Shown here in pieces: positions 26,401 to 37,788 of a stretch of 64,000 nt of DNA. Each line of letters opens with the position of its first letter. Position 1 is the stretch's first letter. Position numbers and translations under genes: made by a program. The stretch comes from Girardia tigrina (lineage: Eukaryota). The stretch is from positions 14,131 to 78,130 of the forward strand of contig MQRK01231712.1 in assembly GCA_001938485.1 (NCBI GenBank). Direction: 5' to 3'. The notes beneath the pieces were generated by a model. That model saw nothing but the letters and a program-made list of their open reading frames with translations, had not been told where the DNA came from and did no database searches.

Positions 26401-29400
26401 GGTAAGTGGTATCTGGACACCTTGAACAGTAAGTTTTGTATTGCGACTCAATATATATGAATAGTAGGGATTAAAATTAAAATCAAAGACCTAATTGCCA
26501 AATGATGGAGGATCTAATATCGACTTACAGCAGCATTAAACATTGTTAAGATTCTCGAATTATTTGTTTAATTTCTTTTCATGTAAGGAGATTATTCATA
26601 ATTTAAACACATTTGTGCACAAATCAGTCAATGAAATGCGTTATTTAAACAACGTTGCGTAATAAATAAACAACTAAAAAGGATTACAATTTAAATATTT
26701 ATTTGTATACACCTTCGATACTAAATTAGAAGTTCTGCAATATTGTGTTTGGAGTCTGTCAAAACCTCTCGGAGTTAAACTCATTTATCGAATGTATTGA
26801 GATGGAAATGAACCCGTTTCAGTTGAAGATAGAAAATGTATGAATTAGCATCTAATATATAATCATTAATGTCGTAATAATTTAACAATATGTCGCACAG
26901 CACTTGTTGCACAATTCATTCGATTTATTAATGCAACAATTGCTTTATTTGTGCATAAAGTGCATTAGACGATAAAGTGTGAAATAATGAATAGATGATG
27001 GGATGACCAATCTGGGATGTGGCTGCGGTAAATCTATCATAATTATATAAAAAGAAAAACACCATTTCAAAATATATTTTGCAATGGCGTTCCTTTTGTT
27101 TTTTAAAAAATTGCCGTTATGATTAATTGTATCTATATATGATTTTTAGGTAGATAGATTTTTCAAATTTTTCGAAGTAACCCGTCGAGTAAAGTCGGAA
27201 TAGTTAGCTAGAATATAGGCGTTAAACATGAAAGTTTCAGAAAAATCAGAATGAGAATGGATTGCTGGTTTGTAAATGAATAATAGCCGGTATTCTACGT
27301 CAGTATCATTTTGCCATATATGTTGAAATCATACATTTGTAATTAACTCCTGACATATTTAATTATTTTTTGTAAATAAGCAACAAAATAGCACATGCAT
27401 TGAAACGTTACAAAAATTTCACTATTTGGTCATCAAAAATCGCCATAATTTTGCAAGTAATATGTCCTTTTAACATAAAATTCTGTCGCCTACATCTGAG
27501 TATAAGTTTAATGAAGATTGTCTTTGTATGATTTTCGAATCCGAATATCGTATCATGTTTGACCATGACATAAAAATAGTTCTCTGACAAATACGACTTC
27601 CTTGAATGCTTTTATGGAAAACCTCTTTCACGTCATCAAAAGTATGTTTCATACGACGAATAGCTTTGAAGATGAGGGTAGGTCCATCTTTCAACTTTGA
27701 CGATGCTTTAATATCATATGCAGCAGTATAAACACAGATAATGAAGGTGACTAACTTCTTTGGTGTTGCTGTCTGCTTTATCTGTCTTACGTACAAAGAC
27801 ATAATCCTTAGCACAAGCCTTATCCATCTAACCTTATTATTTAGACCGATTTTCCTGGGTGCCAATTCATCACTGTAGTGTATTTCTCAAATCCTTTGCA
27901 ATATTCTTACACGAGTCTTTGATCGTGACTGAGGTTATTCACTACTTCATCTGTAATAAATTCATCGCAGATTGGATTGTTAATAACATCAAATGTTACT
28001 TGGTTTTGGTCCTGAATAATTTTAAACAACTTTGTTTTCAAACATGACCTCTTTAGACTCAGTGGGAGTTCGTTTTGGTGCAAGGCACATTCTATTGTAT
28101 GTTTATTTTTCCAGAAAGCATCTTCGACTTTACAATTACTCCATTTTTAAGCCAGTAATGAATGCGGTATTATTAAGAATAGATTGTATTGTTAATATGC
28201 TTTCATATTATTCAAGAACAGATACTAGCTCCTGAGCCATCAAATTTTCTATAGCACTAACAACATGAATTGTTTACTATCTGTTCAATTCAATTTATTG
28301 TTGTTAAATATTCTCAATTAAATATATTTTGACTTTGCTATAAATAATTTAAGAAAATTTCAATTTTCCTTTTAAATGTATTAATATTGCTGCATATTTA
28401 AGTTTTCTAAAAAAAATTGTATTTTAAAACCAAAAATTTATGAAAATTGTTTATAATCTAAGTTCTGTATACATCGTAGGCCTTCAACTATAAAACTCAT
28501 CGCTGTTAATAAGTCATTTTTATAGTTTGTATTTATCAATAATTACGCGTATTCACTATAAACATATTGTAAACATTTTTGTTTTTTTTTGTTAACGAAC
28601 TCATTGAAAATTACTGAATACTTTTCCAGGTTCTAAGAAAGTAAAGTCTAAAAAGTCAGTTAAATTAAAACTGAATCATGAAGACACAGTTCACATTAAA
28701 CCAGTTGAAAAACTTCTTGTGTCCGTTGATGATATATTCTCTGATGAAGATGAAACAAACAAAATCGATCAGAATCACTACACAAACAAATCAGCAATTC
28801 CTCATACTCCTCATCAAGTTATTCCACCGCGCCCTATTATCACACAACCGTCTCCGGTAATCCTAGACACCAAATCCCCTCAATACAGACTCCCAATCCC
28901 CTCATTCAAAGTTAACTCAAAATCTTCATCAGTAAAAAAGTCATCAAAGTCCTCAAAATCATCCTCAAAATCCTCCCTAATGAACACAACAACACTCAAA
29001 TCATCAGTAGAACCGAAACCTGTCTACAGCTACTGCTGTCTCCAAGGCGAAGCCAATTATAAAGTAAATTTACCCTTTAAACAATCATCAATATGTATTA
29101 TCATCCCGTTTTCAATCAGTCTGAAGATGGTAAGACCGTTTATACCTGTCCCATTTGTAACACAGAAGACAATGGATCATTGATGTTGGGTTGTGATCGG
29201 TGTCTTGACTGGTATCATGGGTATGTTTATATTTTAATGATTTTTAAGCATCTATTACTTGAATGTTTCGATTTACACTGTTTTATTTTTTGATTATACT
29301 TTTATTATTATAGAAATTATTTTGTAATTATAATCTTATTAATTTTATAAGACGATAAATTTGGATAACATAATCTAAAAGAATGACAATAAGGAATATT

Positions 29401-32400
29401 TCATGAGCAATATTCTATTTTTGATTATTTTTCTGCACATTCTCGACAACTGCTTTTATTTTGGATCATTCTCAATCAATAAATCCTTTAAATATTTTAA
29501 ACTTGTCTAAACAATAAAAAATAACAATATCAACAAAAAAATTTTATTTGTCCATAAATAAATTTATTAAAATTAATATTTTTCAACAGAAGAGCCAAAT
29601 CAATGCATCTTTGTAAGCGAGAATTAAATGAATTAATTACATTTTCAACATCTTAGTATCAATTAAGAAAAATTTGGTCTCTGCATATACTACAGTACTG
29701 GCCAAATACATAAATAAAAAATACTTAAATACAAAGTACATAAATACCAAATTTATTGTGGCAAACATTGTAAAAACAAAACATTGATTAAAATTTGACA
29801 GTAATTGTTAAAAGAACATTAAAGCACTATTATACCCGGCTGTCTATGCATGATTAATATATAGTTGACATGCCGTGGTTCTTCAAAACCGGTTGGATTC
29901 TGTTCGGCATAGAATCTGTTAGATTTTGACAAAGTGCCTTAGTAACGTCTAAACACCAGTCCGATTTTATTGCATGTTGTAAGTCTTTCAAAATTAGTGG
30001 GTCTTCTAATTGACACTTTTTTCTTTAATATGGTCCAAAGATTCTCTACTGTTTACAAGCCCTTGTAAGACCTCATTCCTATTTTCCCTAAACCACTGTT
30101 TCACAATCTTTGCCTGATAACATGGGGTACCATCTTGTTGTAATTTGTCTCAATTATGAATTTGCATAAATAGCTTCAGTTTATTTTTCAAAATGGATTC
30201 ACTATACACATTCTTCTAATCATACTATCATCTCTTCTTGTTATTTGTCGAGGTCTCCCACATCTTTTCTCCGTTGCAACAGTTCCATCTTCAGCATTTT
30301 TTATTCAAATTATAGGACATCCAAGTTTCATCCAATCCTGGAAGAAATTTGTCGTCAAGTATAACCTTCTTGCTTAAGCACCACCATCTGACATCTTTTC
30401 TCCAACGAAATAACAGGTTTCTTTGCTATTTTTCTCTTAAACAATGAAATTACTACGGATATTCAACACGCTTTAAATTGAAATAATAACACCAAGAAAT
30501 ATTTGAATTACGCGCAAGGCATTCTAAATAATTATTAATGCTGTTAGACAAACAATTAGTCACAGTTAATTTATGTACATCACAGCGTTTCAATGCAAAA
30601 TAAAAATAAAGCCTCTAAGACAGTATTGTAGATCCTTCAAATAATTCTATAAAAAGAAAGCAATATGGCTAAGATCGTGAGACCGTGCAGACAAAGTCAT
30701 CTTCCAATCAAACACTGTGGAAAATTGCTATCTAAAAATATTCTCACGGCCCTTAAATAGTGCTCTGGGGCTCCTTGCTGAAATATATTTCTTGAAAAAC
30801 ATCGCTGCCTTTTTAATTCTTGAATAAAACATTTTTATTATATATTCGTATAGTCAGTCAGTTCCTTAAATTGTGCTATTTTGGAAAAAGAATGGACGGT
30901 ATATACTTGTAAAGTTTTCTTTTGGAGTACTCGTACTTCAGAATCTGCACTGCGAACAAATATAAACTTTTTTCGACACGACAACATAAATATAACGTTG
31001 CTGTCAAATAATTTTCTAGATTGGTATACCAATTTTTTAAGTGGGTTTTTATAATTTGAGTAATATTTTGTCTGGCAGCAGACAGCTGGCTCGTTAGGTA
31101 TTGAAACTATGCATAAAACTGAGTAATACTGGTATATAAGTTTTTAAATATTGTTTTTAGAAAAATAGCTTACCACTTGAAAACCTTGTGTGCCAGGTTG
31201 CTGACCACTGTGTTATAATGCTTGTATTCAAGCCACCATCTCCACAAGGAAAATAAACTTTCATTAGCATCTTTCTTTTATTTTCTTCACTTGGACAATT
31301 GGATCTGTGTTAATTCCTCTTTTTTATGAAGGAATTTTTTTCAATCTGATTGTTGTAATTCTCGATTGATAGTGGTGTATGATTTCTACGATTTCTACTC
31401 TGTCTTTTACACTTAATATTTAAAAATGGCGCCAACAAAAACATTTAATTTACTACTAAAATTTACTTAAATTTATATAAACTTGTTTATGGAAAATTAA
31501 AAACTTTTAGTTGATATTGTTTTGTCTTCATTATTTAGGTAAGTTTAAAATGTTTAAAGGACTTTTGAATCACCCAGTATTTAATTAACTTTCAATAGAA
31601 TGAAATTTTTAATAGAATTGATTGTTTTTTTTATTTTTGGATTTATAACATGTTATGGATGGTTAAGGATAGATAAAATGAAGACACAATTATATTATGA
31701 GGCTATTAAGAATCACAGAGATATCTCATTAAATTGTTATCGCATTTTTGAATTAAAATTTTAATTTCCATCGACTCTTTATTTTAAAATTATTTGTATT
31801 AAGAACACCAATAGAACTTTTAATATTTTTATTATTACAACAAGTTTGATTTTCCTCAGGACAATATTTGCTTCAGTTTATTAATTAATGACTTTATTAT
31901 CTTATTACCTGAGCAAATAGAGATTTAAATAAATTGTTAATATATTCACTCAAAATTTTATTGGTTAAAAATTAAAATGATTATTAATTATTTAAAAAAT
32001 ATTAATACAATTTATTTATTTGAAAATTGTAAATAACATTAATAAACTTATTTAAAATTTTACAACTATTTTAAATTAGAAATAAATCTAAACATTACAT
32101 ATTCTTAGATAATAAGAATTAAAATATTAATCATCCATCTGGGTAGGAGAGACACAATTCCAAATCAACATACATCATTCAAACACAAATATCAAACATT
32201 CAAAATATTCCTCACAATTCGAAAGTCAGTCTTTAGTTCTTTAAGTTCAAATTTATATTACAATGAAAATACAATGTCTTATGTTTTCTTATACAATCCA
32301 AAATAAATAAATGGAAACAATTAATAAAAACAATAAAATTAACATTTACATCGAAGCTGTCTAAAATTCTTTCGGTGAAAAAAAACAAGAGATTCATTTA

Positions 32401-35400
32401 AAGGAAAGAGCTATCTAGTTAGAAATTGACTATATCAGAGATTCAAAAGTTGTCAGATTAATTTTGCAAATAGAATTATCAAAACACACTAGAAAATAAG
32501 TAACGAAAGATGCAACTAAGTACACTGGTTCAAAGTGAACATAATGAAAAATTAATTAATTAATCATTAGGTTAAATCAGACCACGTTCTAAATTAACAC
32601 AGATAAGCTGACATACTATCCTAGATTTTCATTTGGTTCGACATTTCAGTCGAATTGCATCAATTGAATTTGGATTGTTTTGGATTTCATGTGAAGGCTA
32701 AAATTGAGTGGATTACAATGAGTGTGAGAATATTCATCTGGTTTAGAAGAATTTGGTTGGCTGTCAATTGTTATTTTTATCATCAGTATCCGTTACCTTG
32801 TAAAGTACGGAACGATAGAAATGAAATAAATTCATTTTAATCCAATGATTTACTATTAAAATGTTTTTCTAATTTTGAAATCCCGTATAATGTGTTAGTT
32901 TAATACATGGTGTTGATTGATTCCGCTAGTACTTGTTTTCTTTAAAAAAAACAAGAACTAGCGAAGGTTATGATTGAAGGAAGAGTGGAAGGAGAAAGAC
33001 TAAAAGGAAGAGTAAAGAGAAAATAGACAGATGACTTAAAAGATGGAGTAGATTGAACATGGAAGGTCTGAGAATAAAGGCTACGTGTAGAGAGATGTGT
33101 CAAAGGCTTGTACATAATTGGGTGCACTAACTGGCCAACGACTAAGGTCCAAAAGAAGAAAGTGAATTGACCTGGTGATGAGATTTTTATCTTGGAACGC
33201 ATCATCTTCATTTTATTTCTTTGTTTAGTGAACAACAATTTGAAATTTTAAGAATAGATATTTGCAAAAGCATTTCTTTTTAAAATATTAACTTTTGATA
33301 TGTTTTGATCACAATCTGTGATAGTCTCCAGCACCTTTATTTGTGTTGTAATTTATTTTGTTTTATCATTTGTTTTTTTAATAATTTATTTAATTTTATA
33401 ATATAACATGGTAACAAAATTTTTTAAAAATTAAAATCTTTTGGTTAAATTTTAATTAATTTATTTAATGATTTTTTTATATTCTTACTATTTTCCTTTT
33501 CCCATTTTGGTTGTTAATCAATGAGTTTTAGTGACTTATTAACAATGAATCACAATACAATCTCTCATAATATGAATCAAAATTATTAAGAAGAATAGCA
33601 ACTTCATCTTTGAAATTCATTATGGATTTATCAACATTTTCAGTGATAGAGAACCTTACTCGATTTACTTGACTGTGTAGTTATCATTTTATATTTTAAA
33701 ATTGAATAAATTATGAATAAAAGCAAATAATAATAGAACAAAATAAATAACAACTCAAAAAAAATTGATGGAGATGATCAAAGATTGTGATCTAAACATT
33801 TCCAGAGTTGATTTTTTTTAAAAAATATAAATTATAATTAATTAATCCAATAAATGACTATTCGAACATAATTAAAATAATAATAACGAAATGATAATAA
33901 TCTGATAGGTTAAAAATTTTGAAATTAGCAATTGAAATCAAATTTAATATTTTAAAAAATAAAATAGAAAAGTATTTAAAGGGTTATAATAATGAAATTT
34001 AAGTATTTAATTAAAATATATTTCTATAAGTTTAATATAATGATATTTAAATTTAAGTCATTCTTTCCAATTTGATAAATTATTTTTATTTTTGGGAGTT
34101 CTTTTAAAAAAATGGTTAAAAATATTAATTTTAATAAATATTTTTGGAAATTTAAAAAGAATAAATATTTTATATTAAAAAATTATTATAAATAAACAAA
34201 TTAGAATGATGTCAAACGGTGAACGATCTTCCGTGGGTTATGATGATTCTAAATTTCATATTAATATATGTTCGAACAATAACTGTCTCAATGCTCTTAT
34301 CAGATCCTATTTTAACTTAAAAGTGATTAACCTCAAAGTAGATCGGGCGTGATAATGATAATAATGACACCATTGAAGAAAATACTTCAAAATATTACAA
34401 TTACTACAAAATCAAAGTTTATTTTTATATAAAATTGACGATAAACTTCCCCTGGATACCAATAATGTTTTTAGTAAATTTGGTAGCATTTGATCTTCTG
34501 ACTATAAACCCATACCGAACAGATAAATAGACATTTAAATATACACACAGCGAATATAACTCGCGACGCGATATTGATTCGGCAACTATCTCGTCCTTGA
34601 AATGATTATCTCTCATCCATCTCACTGAATTCTTATCTTTAATGACTTTAACTCCCAACACTCGCACCTCTTTATCCATTGAGAGATTTTCTGGTTTTTT
34701 TGCATTTAAGACTAAATTTCTCGAACTGCATTCTAATTTCGTCAACGTAAATGTCATCGATATACGAGTCGGTGTTTTCACGTGCTCTAAGATCAGAATT
34801 TAAAATCCACTTGACAATTTCAGTCATAATGGTCGGAGCAATATTTAAACCAAAGCCCATCCTGGTTAGAGCTTACTTTTTTCCATTAATGATACATGAT
34901 TGATAACGCCACATTTCCTTGTGAACGCGAATCTGCATATACGCCTCTGATAAATCAAGCATGGAAAATATTGATTCTTTTCGCCGCCAGGTACGAAGTT
35001 TTTCCAAACATATATCTGCTGAGTCACTGTACACGTCTACATAATTGTTCAATTTCCTAAAATCAAAGATCGGTTTAAAATTTAAAAATTTAAATGTCTA
35101 TTTATCATTTAAAAATTTATCTCAAAACGCCTTATTTTTATTTCTTTTTATTATTGTATATAGATTATATTTTTCAGTCTTTAATATATTTGTTATCTGA
35201 TTTTTATTATTTTTAAAATTTTCTGAAATATTGCTGTATATGCTCTATGTTAATAATAAACTAAAAAATATCATATATGACGGATGAGCTGAATTTCGTC
35301 CTTGACAGTTCTTATTTTAATTTTTTTAATCCTAATTTATTGTTTCGAGTTCTGTGTTGATTTAACAGTCGGTAGATGAAGTTTACTCCCAGCGCCTTTT

Positions 35401-36820
35401 GACGAAGGCGCTGCACAGAAAGAACCGTTTCGATGTGGCTATGCAGATTGACCTCAACTTACGTGGATTCACTCTCCGTTTCTTTACCATTTTGCATTTT
35501 ATCAGTTCACAGTAAAATTTGAGCTTGGCCGACTAACCGTGATTCAAATGTTAACGAAATTTTGCAAATTTATACTAAATTGATGTTTAGCAATATAATT
35601 AGTAAATACGTGATGGAAATCGTCATTTATCAATTGAATCAATATCTCATTAGAATTTTTCATTTTTCACGAAATTCCTTGTAGGAATTATGCAAATAGG
35701 CATTTTTCGAATTCGGAATTGATTTAATAATCGTTCGACCAGCACGGTTTTCGATCGATTTCGGTGAAGATGGAAAATAATGATTGAACGTTATTATTAC
35801 ACTAACGTAATAATTACCATATTACATAATTACTCTAAACCAGCGGTTCTCAACCTTAATAGTACCGCGACTCTTTTAATACAATTTCCAATGTGTTGGC
35901 GACCTCCCAACTGTAAAGTGATTTTTGTCCATAGGCCTAAGTAACAATACTATTGCTACTCAATACTGTTATCGATCCTAATGTAAATATCTGATATGCG
36001 GGAAGTATTTTCATGGCTAAAAATTGAACATAGCTAAAGCTTTATGTTTAATCACAAAACAATACGTAGTTATAGTTTGTTAAAATCAATTTCTAATTCA
36101 ATAATATTCATTGGTCTTGGGTGACCTCTGAAAAATATTCACTGGGTTGCGACCCATAGGTTGAGAACTCCTGTCCTAACCCTAACACCTTACCCTAACC
36201 ATAATTTTAACTCTGAAATTTTGATATTATAATTAACAACCAAAATTTGCAAATTTAAAATTAATTGATTTTTAGCAAAAAAATTAGTAAATAAGTGACT
36301 AAAATCGTCATTTATCAGTTGAATCAATATGTTATAAGTATTGTCATAAAAATCATCACGAAATTCCCTGTAGAAGTCATCCACATCGTCATTATTCGAA
36401 ATCGGTGTTGATTTAACCATATAACGACCTGTAGGGTTTTCCGGCTACCCGGCGTTTTTTTTGCGAAGGCGCTGTACCGACAGAACCGTCTCATAATGTG
36501 GGCTATCCAAATTGACCACGTACTAACGTCTAACCACTTTGGTTTCTCCGCAATTTTACATATTAGTCATAGCGTGACCGACATACAAACACATTTCAGA
36601 CAAATATATATGATTTTATATTTTGATTTTTGACTGGACATTAGAATTAAGATCTTTTCGTAATTTCAGGCTCTGTTTAGGCATTTTTATCCCTCCACCA
36701 ATAGACCAAGATTGGTTCTGTCCTCGTTGTCAAGAAGATAAGTTATTCGAGAGTCAACATGTAACTCCCGGAGCAACCTCCAAATCAAAGTCCAGCAAGG
36801 CTCGATCGAAAAAGAAATAA
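10247..36820 (+). CDS. TAF3: TAF3-like TFIID subunit, 5'-incomplete; join(10247..11487,16933..17087,17128..17288,21721..22080,22482..23070,28630..29063,29120..29220,36670..36820)
   Basis: All introns are GT..AG and phases join into one open frame ending in TAA at 36818-36820. The C-terminal PHD finger YTCPICNTEDNGSLMLGCDRCLDWYHG|LCLGIFIPPPIDQDWFCPRC follows the TAF3 pattern (WICPGC..PDDGSPMIGCDDCDDWYHWPCVGI...P....WFCPKC). The first visible exon has GKLPDPF, resembling the invertebrate TAF3 GKLPEP motif. The middle region is low-complexity (Ser/Asn/Lys-rich). Confidence 0.8.
11730..14277 (+). mobile_element. mariner (outer element, pseudogenised transposase about 13186-14200)
   Basis: TIRs ttagggtgaac.aaaagtcttt..gtatttt with TA flanks. 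Motifs EVPHEL, IVTCDEKWVY, YSPDLAPSDY, with several stops. Confidence 0.9.
11814..13080 (-). mobile_element. Mos1/mauritiana-like mariner nested in the 11730-14277 element
   Basis: TIRs tt(g/a)ggtgtacaactaattaattt.gtattt with TA flanks. Motifs WVPHELKPRDVERR, IVTGDEKWIHYDNP, HDNARPH, YSPDIAPSDY. N-terminus frameshifted. Confidence 0.92.
15228..15793. mobile_element. non-autonomous TIR element (MITE), unclassified
   Basis: tatgtgaccgcagctgagaaaagggaccacaag ... cttgtggtcccttttctcagctttggtcagata. A third copy of the gaaaagggaccacaagtcg motif lies near 15420. Confidence 0.75.
16571..16670. mobile_element. 100-bp pogo/Tigger-type mini-MITE
   Basis: Perfect 23-bp TIRs cagtcagacctctcgtatccgtc, TA on both sides. 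Confidence 0.85.
16933..17288 (+). CDS. TAF3: TAF3-like exons 16933..17087 and 17128..17288 split by a 40-nt intron
   Basis: Phase-2 acceptor ttgcag matches the upstream donor. Reads PKKVRKVEME... Removing gtaatt...ctgacag (17088-17127) removes the stop. Donor aag|gtaaat. Confidence 0.7.
17663..18929 (+). mobile_element. Tc1-like element (DD..E), frameshifted
   Basis: TIRs cagtcgtagccataattc... in (TA)n context. Motifs SARTIRRHL, VMFSDET, HDGVPCH, PWPGNSPDLSPIEN. Confidence 0.88.
21721..22080 (+). CDS. TAF3: TAF3-like exon
   Basis: Acceptor ctcag, donor gtgagt, phase 0/0, in frame with ORF 21820..22113. Confidence 0.75.
22482..23070 (+). CDS. TAF3: TAF3-like exon
   Basis: Acceptor tttttgtag, donor cag|gtttgt, in frame with ORF 22500..23165. 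Confidence 0.75.
23245..24452 (-). mobile_element. cecropia/Hsmar1-like mariner, degenerate
   Basis: TIRs ttag(g/t)ttgttgcaaaag.aatg with TA flanks. FPKPKLHQKKVMVTVWW, ETITAEKYCQQID and DLSPTDYHFFKHLDNFL are typical of Hsmar1-type transposases. Confidence 0.9.
27400..28250 (-). mobile_element. degenerate hAT-superfamily (hATm/hATx-like) transposase fragment
   Basis: G.LN..RW..L..RI.SLYV...LVTFI..VY....YDIK......DG resembles the HARW-containing hAT-like transposases. Confidence 0.5.
28630..29220 (+). CDS. TAF3: TAF3-like exons 28630..29063 and 29120..29220 (first half of PHD finger) split by a 56-nt intron
   Basis: Acceptor ttttccag. Intron gtaaat...aatcag (29064-29119) links ORFs 28719 and 29093. 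Motif CPIC..GCDRCLDWYH, donor gtatgt. Confidence 0.85.
29694..30500 (-). mobile_element. degenerate Tc1-like fragment
   Basis: Minus-strand QQDGTPCYQAKIVKQWF...VENLWTILKKKV. A ta|cagtactggcc terminus lies at 29692. Confidence 0.55.
30560..31578 (-). mobile_element. degenerate DD41D (rosa/VS-type) Tc1-mariner fragment
   Basis: Minus-strand remnants FQQ.GAP.HY...FLDSNFP...IGR...RS.DL...FFL..YLK. Terminus tactgggtgattcaaaa near 31578. Confidence 0.5.
31935..32216 (-). repeat. solo LTR (same family as 5892/7417)
   Basis: Contains ccatctgggtaggagagacacaat and ends aatattcctcaca. Confidence 0.7.
34430..35075 (-). mobile_element. Ty3/Gypsy reverse transcriptase fragment
   Basis: DFRKLN, LDLSEAYMQI, RMGFGLNIAP and SYIDDIYV motifs across frames. 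Confidence 0.85.
35270..36613 (-). mobile_element. non-autonomous Helitron-like element with internal subrepeats, interrupted by a hAT MITE
   Basis: Homologous to 53585-53902. Minus strand starts A|TC at 36613, followed by (GTTT/GTAT)-like microsatellite. 3' hairpin gacg..cgtc near 35280. Confidence 0.6.
35841..36173 (-). mobile_element. SPIN-like (hAT, Charlie/Buster group) MITE
   Basis: TIR cagcggttctcaacct / aggttgagaactcctg. Internal minus-strand gcatatcagatatttacattaggatcgataacagta and tgtattaaaagagtcgcgg match the recalled SPIN non-autonomous consensus. Flanking 8-mers ctctaaac/tcctaacc keep the central TA. Confidence 0.8.
36670..36820 (+). CDS. TAF3: TAF3-like terminal exon (second half of PHD finger)
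   Basis: Acceptor tttcag, phase 2. Reads LCLGIFIPPPIDQDWFCPRC...KKK*. Confidence 0.85.
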
Positions 36821-36896
36821 TCACGAGAAACAAACGAACAAGAGATTTATTTTCAAGATTCTAATTACTTCTAATTCTATCTAATGATGTACTGTA

Positions 36897-36902
36897 AATA
36901 AA
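36897..36902 (+). promoter_or_regulatory. candidate polyadenylation signal of the TAF3-like gene
   Basis: AATAAA about 77 nt after the stop codon. Weak evidence in an AT-rich background. Confidence 0.35.
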
Positions 36903-37363
36903 AATCATTAAAACTATTATTTAAATTGTGTTTCTTTTTATTGAGAATGGTGAAAGTGTCAATTTGAAAATCTGTAAAATGTTTATTTTTTCAAAACATG
37001 AAACAAAAAAATCTCTTTATTATTGCACTATGCTGTTTCAATATTGTGAATTTTCAGATTATGAATGAAATTCTATTTGTGATTTATACATTGTTTTTTT
37101 ATGTCAATCGAATGGATAGAAAAAAATTAATTGAAATACAATCCCTTTTATACGTTTATTTTTTAGTTTTATTATTTTCTTTTAATTTTGAAAATTATTT
37201 AACCATTACTATTTTTGAAATAATATTTATTATTTTATTGAAAATTATCTGTTATTACTTTTTTTATCAAGAAAAAATCAAATAAACGATTATTTCTAAC
37301 AAATTTTTGTTGACGTTGGATTTTGTCATTTGTTTTAATATACACCCAAACGCGCATTTATGA

Positions 37364-37788
37364 ATGAGTGACAATTTGAAAGATTTGTTGGAAAACGATT
37401 TTTTCGGATCGAATCCGACGGATTTGGTTGAATTTGTGAACAGAAAATTCTCAAAAAATCTGACGAAATCTCTTGAAGAGATTCTCGTCGAGATTGACGA
37501 TGCTTTGGAATCGAATTACGTTAAGGTGAGTTTGTGTTTTTCATGCGCCCTTACAGTTGATTAGAGACAGAGAGAGAGGTTCGATCAGATCGATCGGAAG
37601 TCGAGAGAAACACTAGAGGAAATCGGGGACACACTGAACGATTTAGAGCGAGTTAAAGAGAGAGGATTTAATATCAATAATCAATCGATAGAGATTATCG
37701 ATTGTGTTGATAAAGATCTTAGGAAAATTAATGACTTGCAAGAGAAATATAGGGACAGAGAAAAAGAGGAATATTTGATGGAAATTAT
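37364..37788 (+). CDS. RINT1: RINT1-like exons 1-2 (37364..37525, 37565..37788), 39-nt intron
   Basis: ATG at 37364, donor gtgagt at 37526. Only the AG at 37563-37564 keeps the frame (RQRERFDQ...EEYLMEI). Confidence 0.7.

Noticed and set aside
24480-27100. Highly decayed coding-like stretches (also 2520-2640, 7570-7960, 14300-14800, 41300-42200, 50600-50960)
   Set aside because: Probably old Tigger, MULE, Tc1 or Penelope remnants, but too degraded to assign boundaries or family reliably.
36998-37285. 95-aa hydrophobic ORF between TAF3 and RINT1 (also 38575..38937)
   Set aside because: F/I/L/K/N/Y-rich translation of AT-rich noncoding DNA, with no motif.
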